DNA from: Microthyrium microscopicum
Taxonomy: Eukaryota
NCBI GenBank assembly: GCA_010405405.1
Contig: MU004239.1
Span: 1,380,722 to 1,444,721 of the forward strand
Reading direction: 5' to 3'
Length of the DNA: 64,000 bases
Positions within the stretch are counted from its first letter, which is position 1. Each line of letters starts with the position of its first letter. Below, piece after piece: positions 50,873 to 63,329 of the stretch. A model generated the notes under the pieces. It had not been told where the DNA came from. It saw nothing but the letters and a program-made list of their open reading frames with translations, and did not search any database. Both the position numbers and the translations under genes were made by a program.

Positions 50873-51926
50873 TCAGTGGTTTCCGAAACACCGGCCATTG
50901 GCGGCGCAGTATCCATCGTGTCGTGAGCACTTGTCTTCGTTAAGGAGCGTAGAAATGGCGGTAGGTGGGGCGCCAGTGTGATTTGACCATGAGTGTTGTC
51001 GGTCTAGACGTGGAAGTGAAGGGATTGTGTCGTAGGAGTGTTGAGTGTGCGCAGTACCCATTGGATATGGTAGTCTATCTTGAGGTGACATGCCTGTGAG
51101 AACAGGGGTTTGCTGATACTCTCTTGGCTGCTCGTAGTAGGCTGGAAATGGCGAAGGCTTCAAGATGTTGTGCACAGCTCTGCTGTTTGGGCTGTCGCCA
51201 GGGGTCGGTGGCCGTCTGACTGTGTTAGGATTGTATTTCCAAGTGTCTTCAAGCTGAGTTGCAGACGCATCAGTGCCGTACTCAGCTGCTATTGCCGACC
51301 AAAAGTTTGATCGGTGGGAATTGTAGATGTTGTGTAATCGGTCCGCATCCACTGGATTTGGTGGCATCCCTTGTGGCATTCCTTGATTGTTTGTGTCTAT
51401 TCTGAGACCTGCATAGCGGTCTGGAGAAGTCTCTGGGCTGAGTGCTGGTGGCTTTGGAAGTAGAATCTTGTGTTGCGCGCGACCTGGAGATTGATGCATG
51501 CCTGGATAGTTGCCCGCTAACGAGTGATATCCATTGGATTGATGCGGTTGTGTTTGGAAACCATTGTGATCGAAACCAGGAAGAGGATATTGTGTCATAG
51601 AGCGGTTTGAACCAGTGGATGATGTTGAAGATGTTGTTGATGTTGAAGTTCTTCTTCTTCGGTGGCTTCCATGAGAGAGTTGATGATAATGAAGACGGCA
51701 TGCAAGTTCGGTCTTCTTAAGATGAGCTGCAATATGCTTGTATGGCATTTTTTGCATTCGTGTCTGAATGAGATATGCTTCCTGAAGATTGATTAGTATA
51801 GATTCCAGAATATGGCTTTCTATTGCTTACCTCTTCTTCTGACCACGATCTGTTACCACCAGTTGACATCTTGCGAGGCTTTGGGACCACCGGGGTCGGC
51901 CTATCAAAATCGAGTCTTTGATGCAT
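50873..51926 (-). CDS. Single-Myb-domain transcription factor, 2 exons (51926-51831, 51781-50873); start could instead be the ATG at about 51869
   Basis: RSWSEEEEAYLIQTRMQKMPYKHIAAHLKKTELACRLHYHQL across intron 51782-51830; FWSAIAAEYG; AISTLLNE. Confidence 0.88.
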
Positions 51927-53124
51927 GATGAAGTGAAATGGGCAAAGTGAAATAAGAATAGATCAAAAAGGGGTATCAAAAACTTTGTTCACAACAAGAA
52001 GTGAAAACTGATTAAAACAAGTAGGAGATAGAATTGACCAGCAATGTCTATTGTGAAAGTAAAGAGCCCAGGCTGATGGAAAGATTGAAGGCAAGCAGAG
52101 CAAGATATAAACTTGAGCCTTGGGTGAACAAAAGCGGCAAGGTTTAGTTTAGAGGCGGCAGGAACAATACAGGGTAGGCAGGAGAAACACCAGGGACCAG
52201 CGCCGACCGAAATACAGGTCGGTGCAGGGCGGACGGGCAATCTGTTGAATCGGCCGGCCACGATTTGATGTGGACAACGTTTTCAAACTAAGCTAGCAAC
52301 AAGGCCCTGCAACAGTTTGGAGTGAAGGCTAAACGAGAGAGTGGCGCCAGCATGAATTTGCTGGTCGGGCGGCAGCAAGGCTGGCGACACATCTCAAACA
52401 TTGTCTTTGTTGCCCATAAGCCCTGGCCCGATGATGGACCCAACAAGGGAGACACGGGCGTTCCTGAACGTTGACAGGAACAGGAAGCCATGCCCGCCAT
52501 GCGTGGGAGCCATTAAGAGGCTCTGTGGGCATTGCCCATGCATAATTGCGTAGAAACCAAGGTAGATAGGCCGAAACAGATCAAGCTGGGACCTGGATGG
52601 TGCTGCTGCTGCTGGCATGGGCATAAGAGGCAAGGATTGGTATAGGCTCTAGCACCTAACTCTTAGCAGACTACTACATCACATACCAAGTAGAATGATA
52701 TGGGTGTTAAAATCACATGGCGCGTAGGCACTAGAGCTGTCAAAGTGGCAATGAGGACAAAGGGTGTGCGCGAAAAAGTAGAATGCAGCGGAGCATTAGA
52801 GGTCCGTGGTTGAGCAGCCAAACATAAAGAGTCTCTGGAGAAACAGACATGTCGGGACGTTTCAAGACCAGGTTTGGTAAAGGAGGCTCACGTCTGGAGA
52901 GGTGCCAAGCACGAGGCTACAGGCAGTACCGCGCAAGGCAGGAAGCCGAGCGCGGGGAGTAAAACATGAAAAGAGCCTTTGCAAATTTACTTGGAGAATA
53001 GAAGCGCAAAAGAAAAAGATGAGTGTGATAGTCAAGGTGTAGATAATGAAAGGAACACGCGAGATCCAGGAGATGGACGTGGATAGCCACTGGAGAGGGT
53101 CGGCAGCACAAAATATCTGTATCC

Positions 53125-53156
53125 GAGTAGTATCGGATCCTGATCCGATACTACTC
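53125..53156. repeat. Perfect inverted repeat, 15-bp arms and 2-nt loop
   Basis: GAGTAGTATCGGATC-ct-GATCCGATACTACTC. Confidence 0.95.
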
Positions 53157-53206
53157 TTTCGTCCTAATTTGGCTTAACTGTGGCTCAAGTGAAAATCACC
53201 TAAAAA

Positions 53207-53247
53207 GAGTGAAATGTGCTATCACTCAGTGATAGCGCATTTCACTC
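53207..53247. repeat. Inverted repeat, 20-bp arms (1 mismatch) and 1-nt loop
   Basis: GAGTGAAATGTGCTATCACT-c-AGTGATAGCGCATTTCACTC, extendable by CTAAA/TTTAG. Confidence 0.95.
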
Positions 53248-53453
53248 CTCTTTAGCGTCTTAAACTGAATCACTTGTGGGTCTTCCTAACGGAAACTAGC
53301 TAGATTTTGACAAAGACAGTAAGATGCATCTCATATCGTTGCAAAAGACTAGGCTCAAAGAGGTTACAGTTGTCAACCTTCAGAAAAGTGGAGTGATCAA
53401 GATATCTTGTGCTGCCGACCCTCTCCACTTGCCCATACAGGGCACCATCTGTA

Positions 53454-54016
53454 TGACGGCTCATAACGGCCACCCTGGCCAGTTCAGCAAAACCAAAAAG
53501 TACAAAATCTATGTATTCACAAATCAATTATTTACAACACAAATACTACATATTTAGACAATCTGAAGAAGCCAAATTGCAAGTTGAATTTCGCTTGATT
53601 TTTTGAAGCTTGAAATCACTAGCTAATTATGGTTGTTCATGCTGAATTTTCAATCCATGAAATCTATGCATCTTTTTGACGTTTTGGGAGTGCATAAGGA
53701 GTCACTAATTTAGGGGCGCTTACTTACTAACTTAGGGGGGGTCCCCCCACTAACTTAGAGGTATCTTGATAAGCTCTACTTTTTACCAAAAAGCAAAAAA
53801 CATCAATAATTATAAAGTCCTACTACTCGTGTCAAAATACGTAAATATAATATTTTGAGACATTGCAAAAATACAGAAAAATTCAACTTGCTATTTAGCT
53901 TCTTTAGAATCCTCAAATTTGGGCTCTTTGTAGTGTAAATAATTGATTTGTGAATACACAAATTTTTGGATTTTGGATTTTGGTGAAGTGGCCAGGGTGG
54001 CCGTTATGAGCCGTCA
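53454..54016. mobile_element. Non-autonomous TIR element (MITE), 563 bp, TA-flanked (Tc1/mariner-like target site)
   Basis: Perfect 28-bp termini TGACGGCTCATAACGGCCACCCTGGCCA within about 140-bp imperfect inverted arms. TA at 53452-53453 and 54017-54018. AT-rich, non-coding interior. Confidence 0.88.
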
Positions 54017-55007
54017 TAATCTGGCGCTTGCCGGGTCGACTTGTGGACTGGCTCAGAAATAATGCCTACTGCTTGACTGCCTCAAGTGCTGTTAGGGAGG
54101 CGAGATGCAAGCAGCAGCATGCAGTATGCAGCCGACATGAAAATCGAGTGAGCAGTAAGCACCAGCAATAATGTGTGCAAGCAAATCGAGGGCAGTTTGG
54201 ACGCCATCCGTTTCTTGCAGCAGCAGTTTCCCAAGCCCGTTCAGATCAGAATCAGATCGACAAGTCTAAGAACAGAACAACATAGCGGCGAGATATTGGT
54301 GAACTGTGGGGGGAACTCGGATCGCTTCACAGCTGGAGCTTTTGGGAGCCCTATGTGGTAGGGCGCCAAGCTTGCCAGAAGAGCCGCATATCTGGATTCT
54401 AGACCCGCATTTCACACGCACGTCACTTCAAGTCCCGTAATGCGCCAGAGAGAGACGTGGACAGTAGCGGCGTATGGTGAGAGAAGAGGGCAGAAGCATT
54501 GAATTCGCCGATACGCCGAGCGTTATCAATTGTGAGTTGAGTGAGCTGACCAAAGTGCCAGGCTCTTGCTATGGTACTGCATCTATGTCTGATCAGCTTC
54601 ACAATGGTTGCCAAGGCTTATGGGATTCAGGATCAAATCCATCATGGGTGATATTTGATGAGCGTTGTCGGGTAGAGTGGGTGGGAGTGTATTGCAGAGG
54701 ATAGTTGCATAAGTGGTAAATTGGAGTCATGGACAAAATGCATAGGTACTGGTAGATCCACGTTAAAGGACTTAGTAATAATGCGTGCGCATGTTCAATC
54801 AAATGTACTAGGCAGGAACAAGCAATCCTTCCAAGCCTTTAGTTTGGATTGGCGTGGAAGTGACGATGCATACATGTTATTTCAAGAAACTAGGCAATCA
54901 ATCCTTTCAATTCGAGATGATGCAAGCCATTGAAGCCAAGTGGGAAGAAATAAGGTTCTTTGCAGGAAAGCGCCACCCCCGCTAACTTGTTGTTTGGCAG
55001 GAAATGG

Positions 55008-55041
55008 TGGGATTTGATGATGATTGGGATTTGATGATGAT
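55008..55041. repeat. 17-bp direct duplication TGGGATTTGATGATGAT x2
   Basis: Direct reading. Confidence 0.8.
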
Positions 55042-58000
55042 TGACGATACTGTGGTGGAATACTCTAGCAATAATGAGCAGGAATTGTGCAGTACCAAGC
55101 TACTTCCTGCCTGCATTTGCCGGCATTCATGCTTTTCGCTTCAAACCTCCCGTAGAGGTATTGATCACTGCGGATAAACAACCCAAATTTTGTTTCTACG
55201 AGTAATGGTGGTGATACTATTAGTGTCCATCCAATGAAGGAATTGGTACGTACCTGTCAGACTCGGAGTGAAGCCAGCCTTATGGGAGGCAGTATGTCCC
55301 AAGAGTATCTTCTTGCAGGAGTGATATCAAAATGTGTACATGTGACAATCTCAAGCTTATCAATAGGCTAATATTGCTTTCGGATTTGTATACTATTAAA
55401 TGTAACTTTAGATTTTACAGCAGAATGGTTTTACGAATAGTTTTGAACTTTCCTGTCAAATCAAGTGCTTTGGTTAGTGCGCATATCTCGAGAATCAGTC
55501 AAGCCTTGCCAGCTCTTCTAAAAGAGTATGATTTCCCCTACCGGGCCAACACTTGTAGTGCACAATCTTATCATGCACAGGCACTATCTTTAAGGTTATT
55601 GTTAGCACATGCAATGTCTTCGTCCGCATCGAATTATTCTGTACTGCTATCGAGCCTGATCCGCCAAAATTTGGCCTGCAAGTAAGAGAGAGGTACTCTG
55701 CTTGACTTCGTAACCTCATATTAAAGCCGGTACCCCTCTATGTAAGTAATTCTTGATAAGCAATTTAGTATTAAGCCGCCTGATTACCAGATACGGAGTA
55801 GGATTGAAAAGTATTGTTATGGATATGGAAAATCATTGCAGGTACCATAATAGATAGCCTTCTTCAAGGCCCAAATGCATCTCATTGTCACGCGTTCAAA
55901 TCCCACTACTTTGGGGCCGCTCTCTGGGCGATAGTTTAGTAAAATCTTTCGTATATCCACGGAAAACCCATTATCCGATTTTATGATCTCCAGCCCACTA
56001 CTCAGGCAGGTTTCTTTGTTTAAATTGACCCAAGTTTAGCCACTATTCATTAACCGAATCCTCGCAATTCACCAGGCCTACCGCTGTTCCTGCTCATCTG
56101 CACCACACCTTTGGCCTGGATGCTTGTGTCTCCTCCGCATTTTAATTTCGACTTCATCTATCAACAAGCTTAATTCTCATGCTTACTGAATATATCATTT
56201 CTATTTCCACCTAGCTTCTATCTCTTCGGAGGCCGAGTGCCGTTCAATAATGCAAGCTTCCTTCACCGCAGCATGTCTTCTGATGTATTTGTCCCATGCT
56301 TCTCAGAATCACAGCATCCAGATTCCCGGTAAAGTGCCGGCGCCGCTCCTCAAGGATCCTGGCTGATGTGTGGCAGTCTCCTGTGATCCTTGGCAAGGAC
56401 TCTCAAGGCCTTGAAATAATACGGACATGTGCCTGCTCTTCCTCGTCGTGCATGGAGGACATTCAATGATGCAAGTGTCCATCGTAAAGTATCCACTAAT
56501 CTTTGCACTCTACGGACACTACTGCGTGTCTTCTGCACGCGAGTTAGCGACATTATTTCATCCACTTTGCTGCTTAACCATCTAGCCTTCCACTGTTCTG
56601 GCACCACCACAGTATCTCCATGTCTTGTACCTCTGGGCTCGATCGAGGTAATAATGGGCGCTGCCACCGCGATTACGCTACATGGGAGGCGTTTGATTCT
56701 ACGGCTATTGGTGCGCGCGAGAAACCAGCATGTGTTTTGACAGCTTTGCCATGCAAATGATTGACCTCGGAACATTTGCATAAAACAAATTGAGTGCATG
56801 TCGTTGGGATTGAAAGCTGCACGAGACGACGAGGACAAAGTGTTGGTACTCTGGTTCGTGGCTCGGGTGATCACGAAACACCCTCAATCTCTTCATATAT
56901 CAGCCCAACCCAGCGGATTCCTACCTAACCTCCACTTCTGGCAGATCTATCGCCCGTGGAGTTTGCTATCAGCCAATATTGCGGAGATCATGACAGTTAG
57001 CGCGATGAGAAGAGAAAGTGCTCTATGAGGTATACTTTGCACGTCTTCTGAGGTTAGAACAGTGACTCGAGCCCTTGTCAAAGTCTTGCTCAAGCTTGGT
57101 CAGTACGGTAGCCAGCGCTTCTCCAAAGAGTCCAAGATGGACTTTGGAGAAGAAAATCAATGATCCGAGATTGAAATTGCCAGCCCCCCCTTGGACGAGG
57201 GTTTGCATAAACATGCCTGGTCAGCAAGACCGCCATTGGCGCAATGGCACCACAAGTTGCAGAAGGATGTCTTGGGATGTCCTTTGGACATATTTCTACC
57301 CCGCTTTCTGCCTCCAACAATCATCCCAACACCTTGACGCCAGCGGCAGTGCCAGCGAGCACGGCCAGCCTCCGATCAGGACTCGAAAATCTGGACTGGT
57401 ACCTACTAGCTGTTGCTTGCGGGCTCGGCCTTCTCAACTTGTCTACGGAGTCCTCCATCCGTATCCAGTTGTGTCTTGGTGCTGCTCATCGTGAGCTGGT
57501 GTCCAACGAGGCGCTCGTTTTACTTTGCGCCTTATCCGGCTCTCGCGGCCTCGGGGTTCGAAGTCGTGTCGACGGCCGTGCCGTGGTCGCAACATATGAG
57601 AATTGGCGCCTACTTATCATGTATCTCTGCGTATACAGTACGCCTGGCGCTGGATCACCAAACCAAGTGACGCCCTGATGCCATTGCTTCCAAGGTTCAA
57701 CGTTGCCCCCTCTTCCCCGCCCCGTGGATGAATGGCTTGCTTGCTGGCTGATGGAATGGCGTCTGGTCTGGGCGTCTGCTCATATGGCGTATGTGGTAGT
57801 ACACGATGGATATTCATTGCGAGAACATGGGCGTAGGCTGAACGTTGCTTTTGCACTCCGACCTGTCCAAGTGGCCGGTAACCGATAGCTTTCCAGCAAT
57901 AACAGATCAAGACTTGGACTGGTGGATTCTGGCTACTAGTAGTCAGGCTTGTCATCTGTACATTCGTCGTCGCAATATGTAAAAGATCAGGTCGGACATT

Positions 58001-59238
58001 CCACGCCAACCGTAGTTTTTGTTAGTTCTTTTATGTCTCAGACTTGACCGTTTCCTCCCATCCCCTCCACATTACGTCCCGACCCGCTTGCCCGATCTTC
58101 CCAAGTTCTCGAGGCTTGACTTGCACAAGTCGATACCCAGCAAGATACCCTTGGGCTAGCATTAGTCTGATTAGTTGGCTTCATTACCAACTGGGGAAAT
58201 CACTCTTACTATTCTCTCTCTCCCAGCCACTACTCAATTGTAAATTCAAGGATATCTTTTCCATCGACTCAGCTGGCCCCCTGCTCATCATCCCTTGCGA
58301 CTTTTCGGTACACATACCGGACAACGGACAACAAGTAGAGGGACGGATATATGACTGAACTGCATTGACCAGTTTATTCTCTCATCGGGCATAAACCGAG
58401 CGTCAAACTTGGTTGGGTCAGTGTCGAGTATACTTTAGACCGATAGGTCAAGCGGACACAACAACGGTTCTTAATACACAAGTTTAACATCATATCCAAC
58501 TTGAATTACTTGCATATACAATCATCAAATCATATCCATGTAAGTGCCGTATTTCCCCACACCTTGATCAGCTTCTTCATTGGGCCCAGATCATTCGGTT
58601 GCTCTTTGTCTCTTCGCATTGAATTGGGGCATACCACACTCACTCACTGCTACCTAGTGGTGAGATGCATAGTGTACTTTGACCACCTCTTCTGAAATAT
58701 ACTTACCACTACCCGTTCTCTTCAGGACCCCGCTGGAAATCCCCCGCAGCTTCAAGCTATGACACTTTGACGGTCTAGAGACCTGATCACGACCATATCT
58801 GGGTTCAATCTGCCCGTCAAAAGGCAAACCCAAGACTGGGACTTTGTTGTCTAAAGACGGGTTTTACCTTTTGCCAGCCACCTTTAGATCGAATCTCCAA
58901 GGCTTTTTATCGCGGCTACCATTTGGTTCTATTGGATGAGAGCTGCTGTCAAATACGGGAAGCCTCCGCGAACAGGGAGCCACCAGTTATCCACCATACA
59001 TACACTGATACCCCCGTACCATTCAGTCCGCACTTATTGACGTGGAAGACTGGAATAAAATACTATATTCTTACTGCTCTTCACTGGTAAACCCCCTTTC
59101 CCAACCCAGATTGGCAGGAGTTGAGGACAGGCCAATTTCTCCATCTTCGGAAGCTACCACCACCACACTAGAGCACAACTTCCTTCCCTGCCACCAGGCT
59201 CTTGCCTATTCCATCCATTTGGAAATACACAGAACATC

Positions 59239-60789
59239 ATGTCGTAAGATTACGCTTCCATTCCCCTCTTCAATCTTCTTCTAAACCCCAACACTCTACC
59301 GTGGTCGCGTAGCTGTCGTTTAGACATTCAACAACTGTTGCTATCAGCCGCCTAACATTCACCTTCTCACAGATCACCGTCCTCGAAACGGACACTCAAA
59401 CCAGCACCACCAGCCGCTCCCAGCGAACAAACCCCATTTGGCCTAACACCCAGCAACATCAACCAACAAATGGCAATCGCCGACCCATCTTCGCAGCTCG
59501 CAGTCCCCGGCGCAGCATCCACCTCGCCAATATCCCCAACAACCATCCCGCGCAAACGGCGCGCCAGCGGCCAACCAGCAGCAATCGCACCAGCAATCGC
59601 GCCACAGCCTTCGCCCGCACAGTATGGGGATCCGCCTGTGAGCGCAAAAGTTGAGGCTTCGTCTGCGGACCAGGGAGGACAGCCGGCGACTAAGAAGGGC
59701 CGGACGAACACGCCATGGACGGCGGCGGAGGAACAACGGCTTAAACAGATGCGGGATCAGGGGAAGAGTTGGAGTGAGATTGCAAAGACGTTTCCGAATC
59801 GAACGGAGGGAAGTGTTAAGAAACATTGGTATAAGGTAAGCTGCGATTTCACGTTGTTGAATCCTTTGTCGGGGAGTACTTTCTGGAATGGATCTGGTGA
59901 TCCATGTTTGGCGGACTATATGGTGTGCTCACATCGAATGCGCTGGCTACCTTCATACTCTATGAAGAAGAGATACCTTAGCTCACACAAAAGCGCCTTC
60001 AACCATGGATGATTTGTTCGAAAACATGGGAAGACAAGTATCTCTCTGCAAAAGAGGCGATGGTAGCTATCCAAGTCAAGGAGGCCGTATCATTGACTAC
60101 GTCGAGCCGTTGTCAACTTTTGCCCCATGCGACAATATCGCTGGAGAATGTCTCATACACCACTTGGAGTCCAGAAAGTCACCACAGTCTATTTCCAAGC
60201 TCTTGCGCCGGACTCCAGAGAAAATGCCACGGCATAAAGTGGACGGATTTACACTTGCATTTCCACTCGGTGGTATTCATTTATGCGTGCCAACCGTGCG
60301 TCCAAATGAGAAAAGAGACCGCACATCGATCACTTGCGCTTTGATGAACGAGCTAACGATGTGCGCTTCTGCAGGACATGCATTATGCCGAATTCGATAA
60401 CGACGAAAGCCAACAACTGCTCACTGCAATCAAAGAATACGAGGCAAACAAGTGGAAAGTAATTGGACAGAAGTTAGGCAAGCCAGCAAAGGTACGTCCC
60501 GGTCGATGATCATTGAAACATTTAGTTTCAGCCCTTTCTGCATGTTTCCTGTACACTTTGCGCATGTCATACTGTCGATATTTGTTTATGGTTCCAAGAG
60601 AGGCTTGAAGGATCAAGAATCAGGATTCAATTTGCCCACGAGTCAATTGAAAGGGGCCTTCAATCCTTCCTTGCTTCTTGTTCTGGAGCAACCCTCGCTT
60701 AAACTTCATCGTGGGCCTGAACGAAAAAGCTAATATGAACACAGGCTTGTGAACAATACGCGAAACAGAACTTTGCTGGAACGAAATGA
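59239..60789 (+). CDS. Two-repeat Myb-domain protein, 4 exons (59239-59243, 59373-59835, 60375-60491, 60745-60789)
   Basis: KKGRTNTPWTAAEEQRLKQMRDQGKSWSEIAKTFPNRTEGSVKKHWYK|DMHYAEF...AIKEYEANKWKVIGQKLGKPAK|ACEQYAKQNF. All three introns have GT donors, CTAAY branch sites and CAG acceptors. Confidence 0.9.
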
Positions 60790-63329
60790 ACCAAAACTTT
60801 GGTTCCGCAACACTTCTTTCATGACGATCTGACCTTACGGCATAAACGATTTGCATTCTCTTCTCAGTGCGGCTTCTATTCGGTTTTTAGCAAGATACCA
60901 ATACTTGTTTACGGTTGGTTTTCAACTTCTCTTGGGTCAAGCATTAGGCCCACCCGCTTTGCATTGGAATGGTCATTTGCATTCGGTTCTTCTTCTCTTT
61001 TCTCTTCTTTTCCGGATCTCTCATGTCCTGTGGCTTTTCTGCTGTCTACACATTGCGCCTATTGATGCTAGTCGTGATGTCTAATTCGTCTTGTCTATCG
61101 CTTTAGCCATGGCGACCTTTGGATACAAGAAGAGTTCTGGTCCATCTCTTACCTGGCATGGCTTTCATGGATTTCGGTTCATTCAGTTGGCGGCTCAAAG
61201 AGTCTATGCTTGGAAAACCAGCTAGAGTTCTTGCTGATGGTTTCTGGGGCATAAGAGCTTTGAAAAGGAGCAATAGTTGCTGGCACACTTGTACAATAAT
61301 CAAATATGGGTTGAAGGCCTTCTTTTATGTCTGGAACTTGCTAGACGACAAGCCAATCACTCTAATTGAATGAACGTCGGATGCTGATATCATGACTGTT
61401 ATGATACACGAATCAATGCGCCTCTACTTTTTGGTTTGAAGCCTGATATGCGGTGTATATCAATGCCAACAAATCAACCCAGTTTCGAGATTTCCTGTAA
61501 ATGATCGACCTAAAGACTCTCAAAACCTCTTGCCTCCGAAAGACTCGCCTTTCTCCCAACTGTTCATCGACCTACGAATATGCTCTGCTCTGGTCAGCGA
61601 TAGGGCCGCGTCGTCTTCACCAAAATTTCAAAGTTTTCCAATATGGGCTTATTGTTGTCATTGCATTATATGCACGATGCATTGATATGCATGTAGATGG
61701 TACCAGCATTCTCTTTGTTTAAGACATTAACTTATACGATATTAGGTATAACTACCTACCTATTCTACCACAACAGCCAGAGCGTCTTCCACCCACCCTA
61801 TGAGACAATATCCCAATGGCCACTATCATATTCCTAGGTTTGAAACATTGTCCCAAGCTCTCTACCACAAAACTCACACATTATAAGTTTCATTCAATTA
61901 CCATCAATATATTCCCATATCATAACAGTGCCCCAGCGATTCTCTCACACCCACTGCCCACAGCCACCCAGTAAAAACGCACACACATCCATTTCCCATC
62001 CACCGACCAGATTTCCTATATCACGCGAAGTTAAACAACTCACGGTCACACAAAACATCTCAACAAGACACTTCTTAGTCCCCACAAAAAAACAGTACCC
62101 TGCAATACAACGACGCACCCCTACCTACGCGGCCCGTCTCGCGCCTTTCGCGTGCTCCCGAACCGTCCCACCCAGCACCTTTGTGCAACAGCATTCAGTA
62201 TTTTCTTTGCGCCGTAAGACCGAGCCCAAAGCCTTTTTGCTTGTACGAGTACAACTTGCTGCACCTGTCCTAAAGTTCGTTGCTTTGCGACGAAATGCTG
62301 GATACACAAGAAGGCCGTGTGTGACAGATATCGGGACTATGTAGGTTCCGACGTCCAGTTCACACAAAGTGTGGCACGACGGGAACATCGCTGTGTGGGT
62401 AACATATGGGGAAGTTGGCGGTGAGTGGTTCCTTTGATGGGAAATCATTGGGGTTTGTTGGGGTATGGTTGTGTGGCTATGGCTATATGTTGGTTGATGC
62501 GCGATGCACATATGGATACAGTTATGTTCTTGAGACTTGTGTTATAGGGACACGGCGTTGGTGTATAAGAGTGCAGCAGACTGGTGGCCGCGCAGCGCAT
62601 ATATCGGTGGTCACGAATAGGCCAGCGGGGAGTGCAGAGAATATTCTGAATTCGCTCTTTTGCGAGCGTCATGCTTTTGTTCAATATTCTTTTGGTTTAC
62701 GGTGGACGGTGAACCTCGTTGCTCTAAAGTTGCTGGTACATGAGGTATTTCGACTGAGACGCTCTGACGGGAGGGAACGGTCTTGAGGTCATGCGATTCG
62801 GGACTGGGCCGCAGTTAGATTGGAAGGGCAATATAATTTGATATTGCGGCGCTCAACTTCAAGTGTACCGCCGGTACTGATATACGGAGATAAGCACAGT
62901 ATTCAATGTCATGATGCTCGAAGGTAATAACGATGAGGAGACGATGCGGAGTATCAATGAATCAGTGATCATATTGGAGGGAGACTGGCCGAGGTTGTCA
63001 GTCCAAAACCCAAATGTCATCAGGTTGTAAGGCTGTGATGGCGCCAGATGGATTGCTTGCAGGAGATCAGCAGAATGTGAGGTTGAAAAAGCAGTGATGA
63101 CAATTGACAAGCAGTTCCGGGGCACGTTGTAAATCTTCCTATTGGACAGTAGATCAATGTGGAGCTCGAGGCTTCGAAAGTGGGAAAAGAGGCTTCTCTA
63201 TGACTTCCCTACAGGTTACCTGGCGCTTGTTATTTGCTGATTGCCAGAGCCCAAGTCCCACACTACCTCTGGTGCGCGTTCTGTGGTTATTAGGGCAAGA
63301 TCTGGCCTATAAATTCTGCTACAGATCTA

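Noticed and set aside
53219..53237. tetO-like operator (CTATCA...TGATAG)
   Set aside because: Spacing differs from tetO and there is no vector context. It is just the centre of a longer palindrome.
53703..53761. Telomeric repeat relic (TTAGGG)
   Set aside because: Only isolated TTAGGG cores inside a spaced 13-mer within the MITE; not tandem.
55008..55100. C/D snoRNA suggested by TGATGA
   Set aside because: The motif arises from a GAT repeat duplication, and no box D (CTGA) or terminal stem lies at a suitable distance.
54100..58700. Many short ORFs on both strands
   Set aside because: No domain motifs, consistent codon bias or coherent splice model.
60900..63300. Short ORFs downstream of the Myb gene
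   Set aside because: Low-complexity UTR or intergenic composition with no recognisable product.
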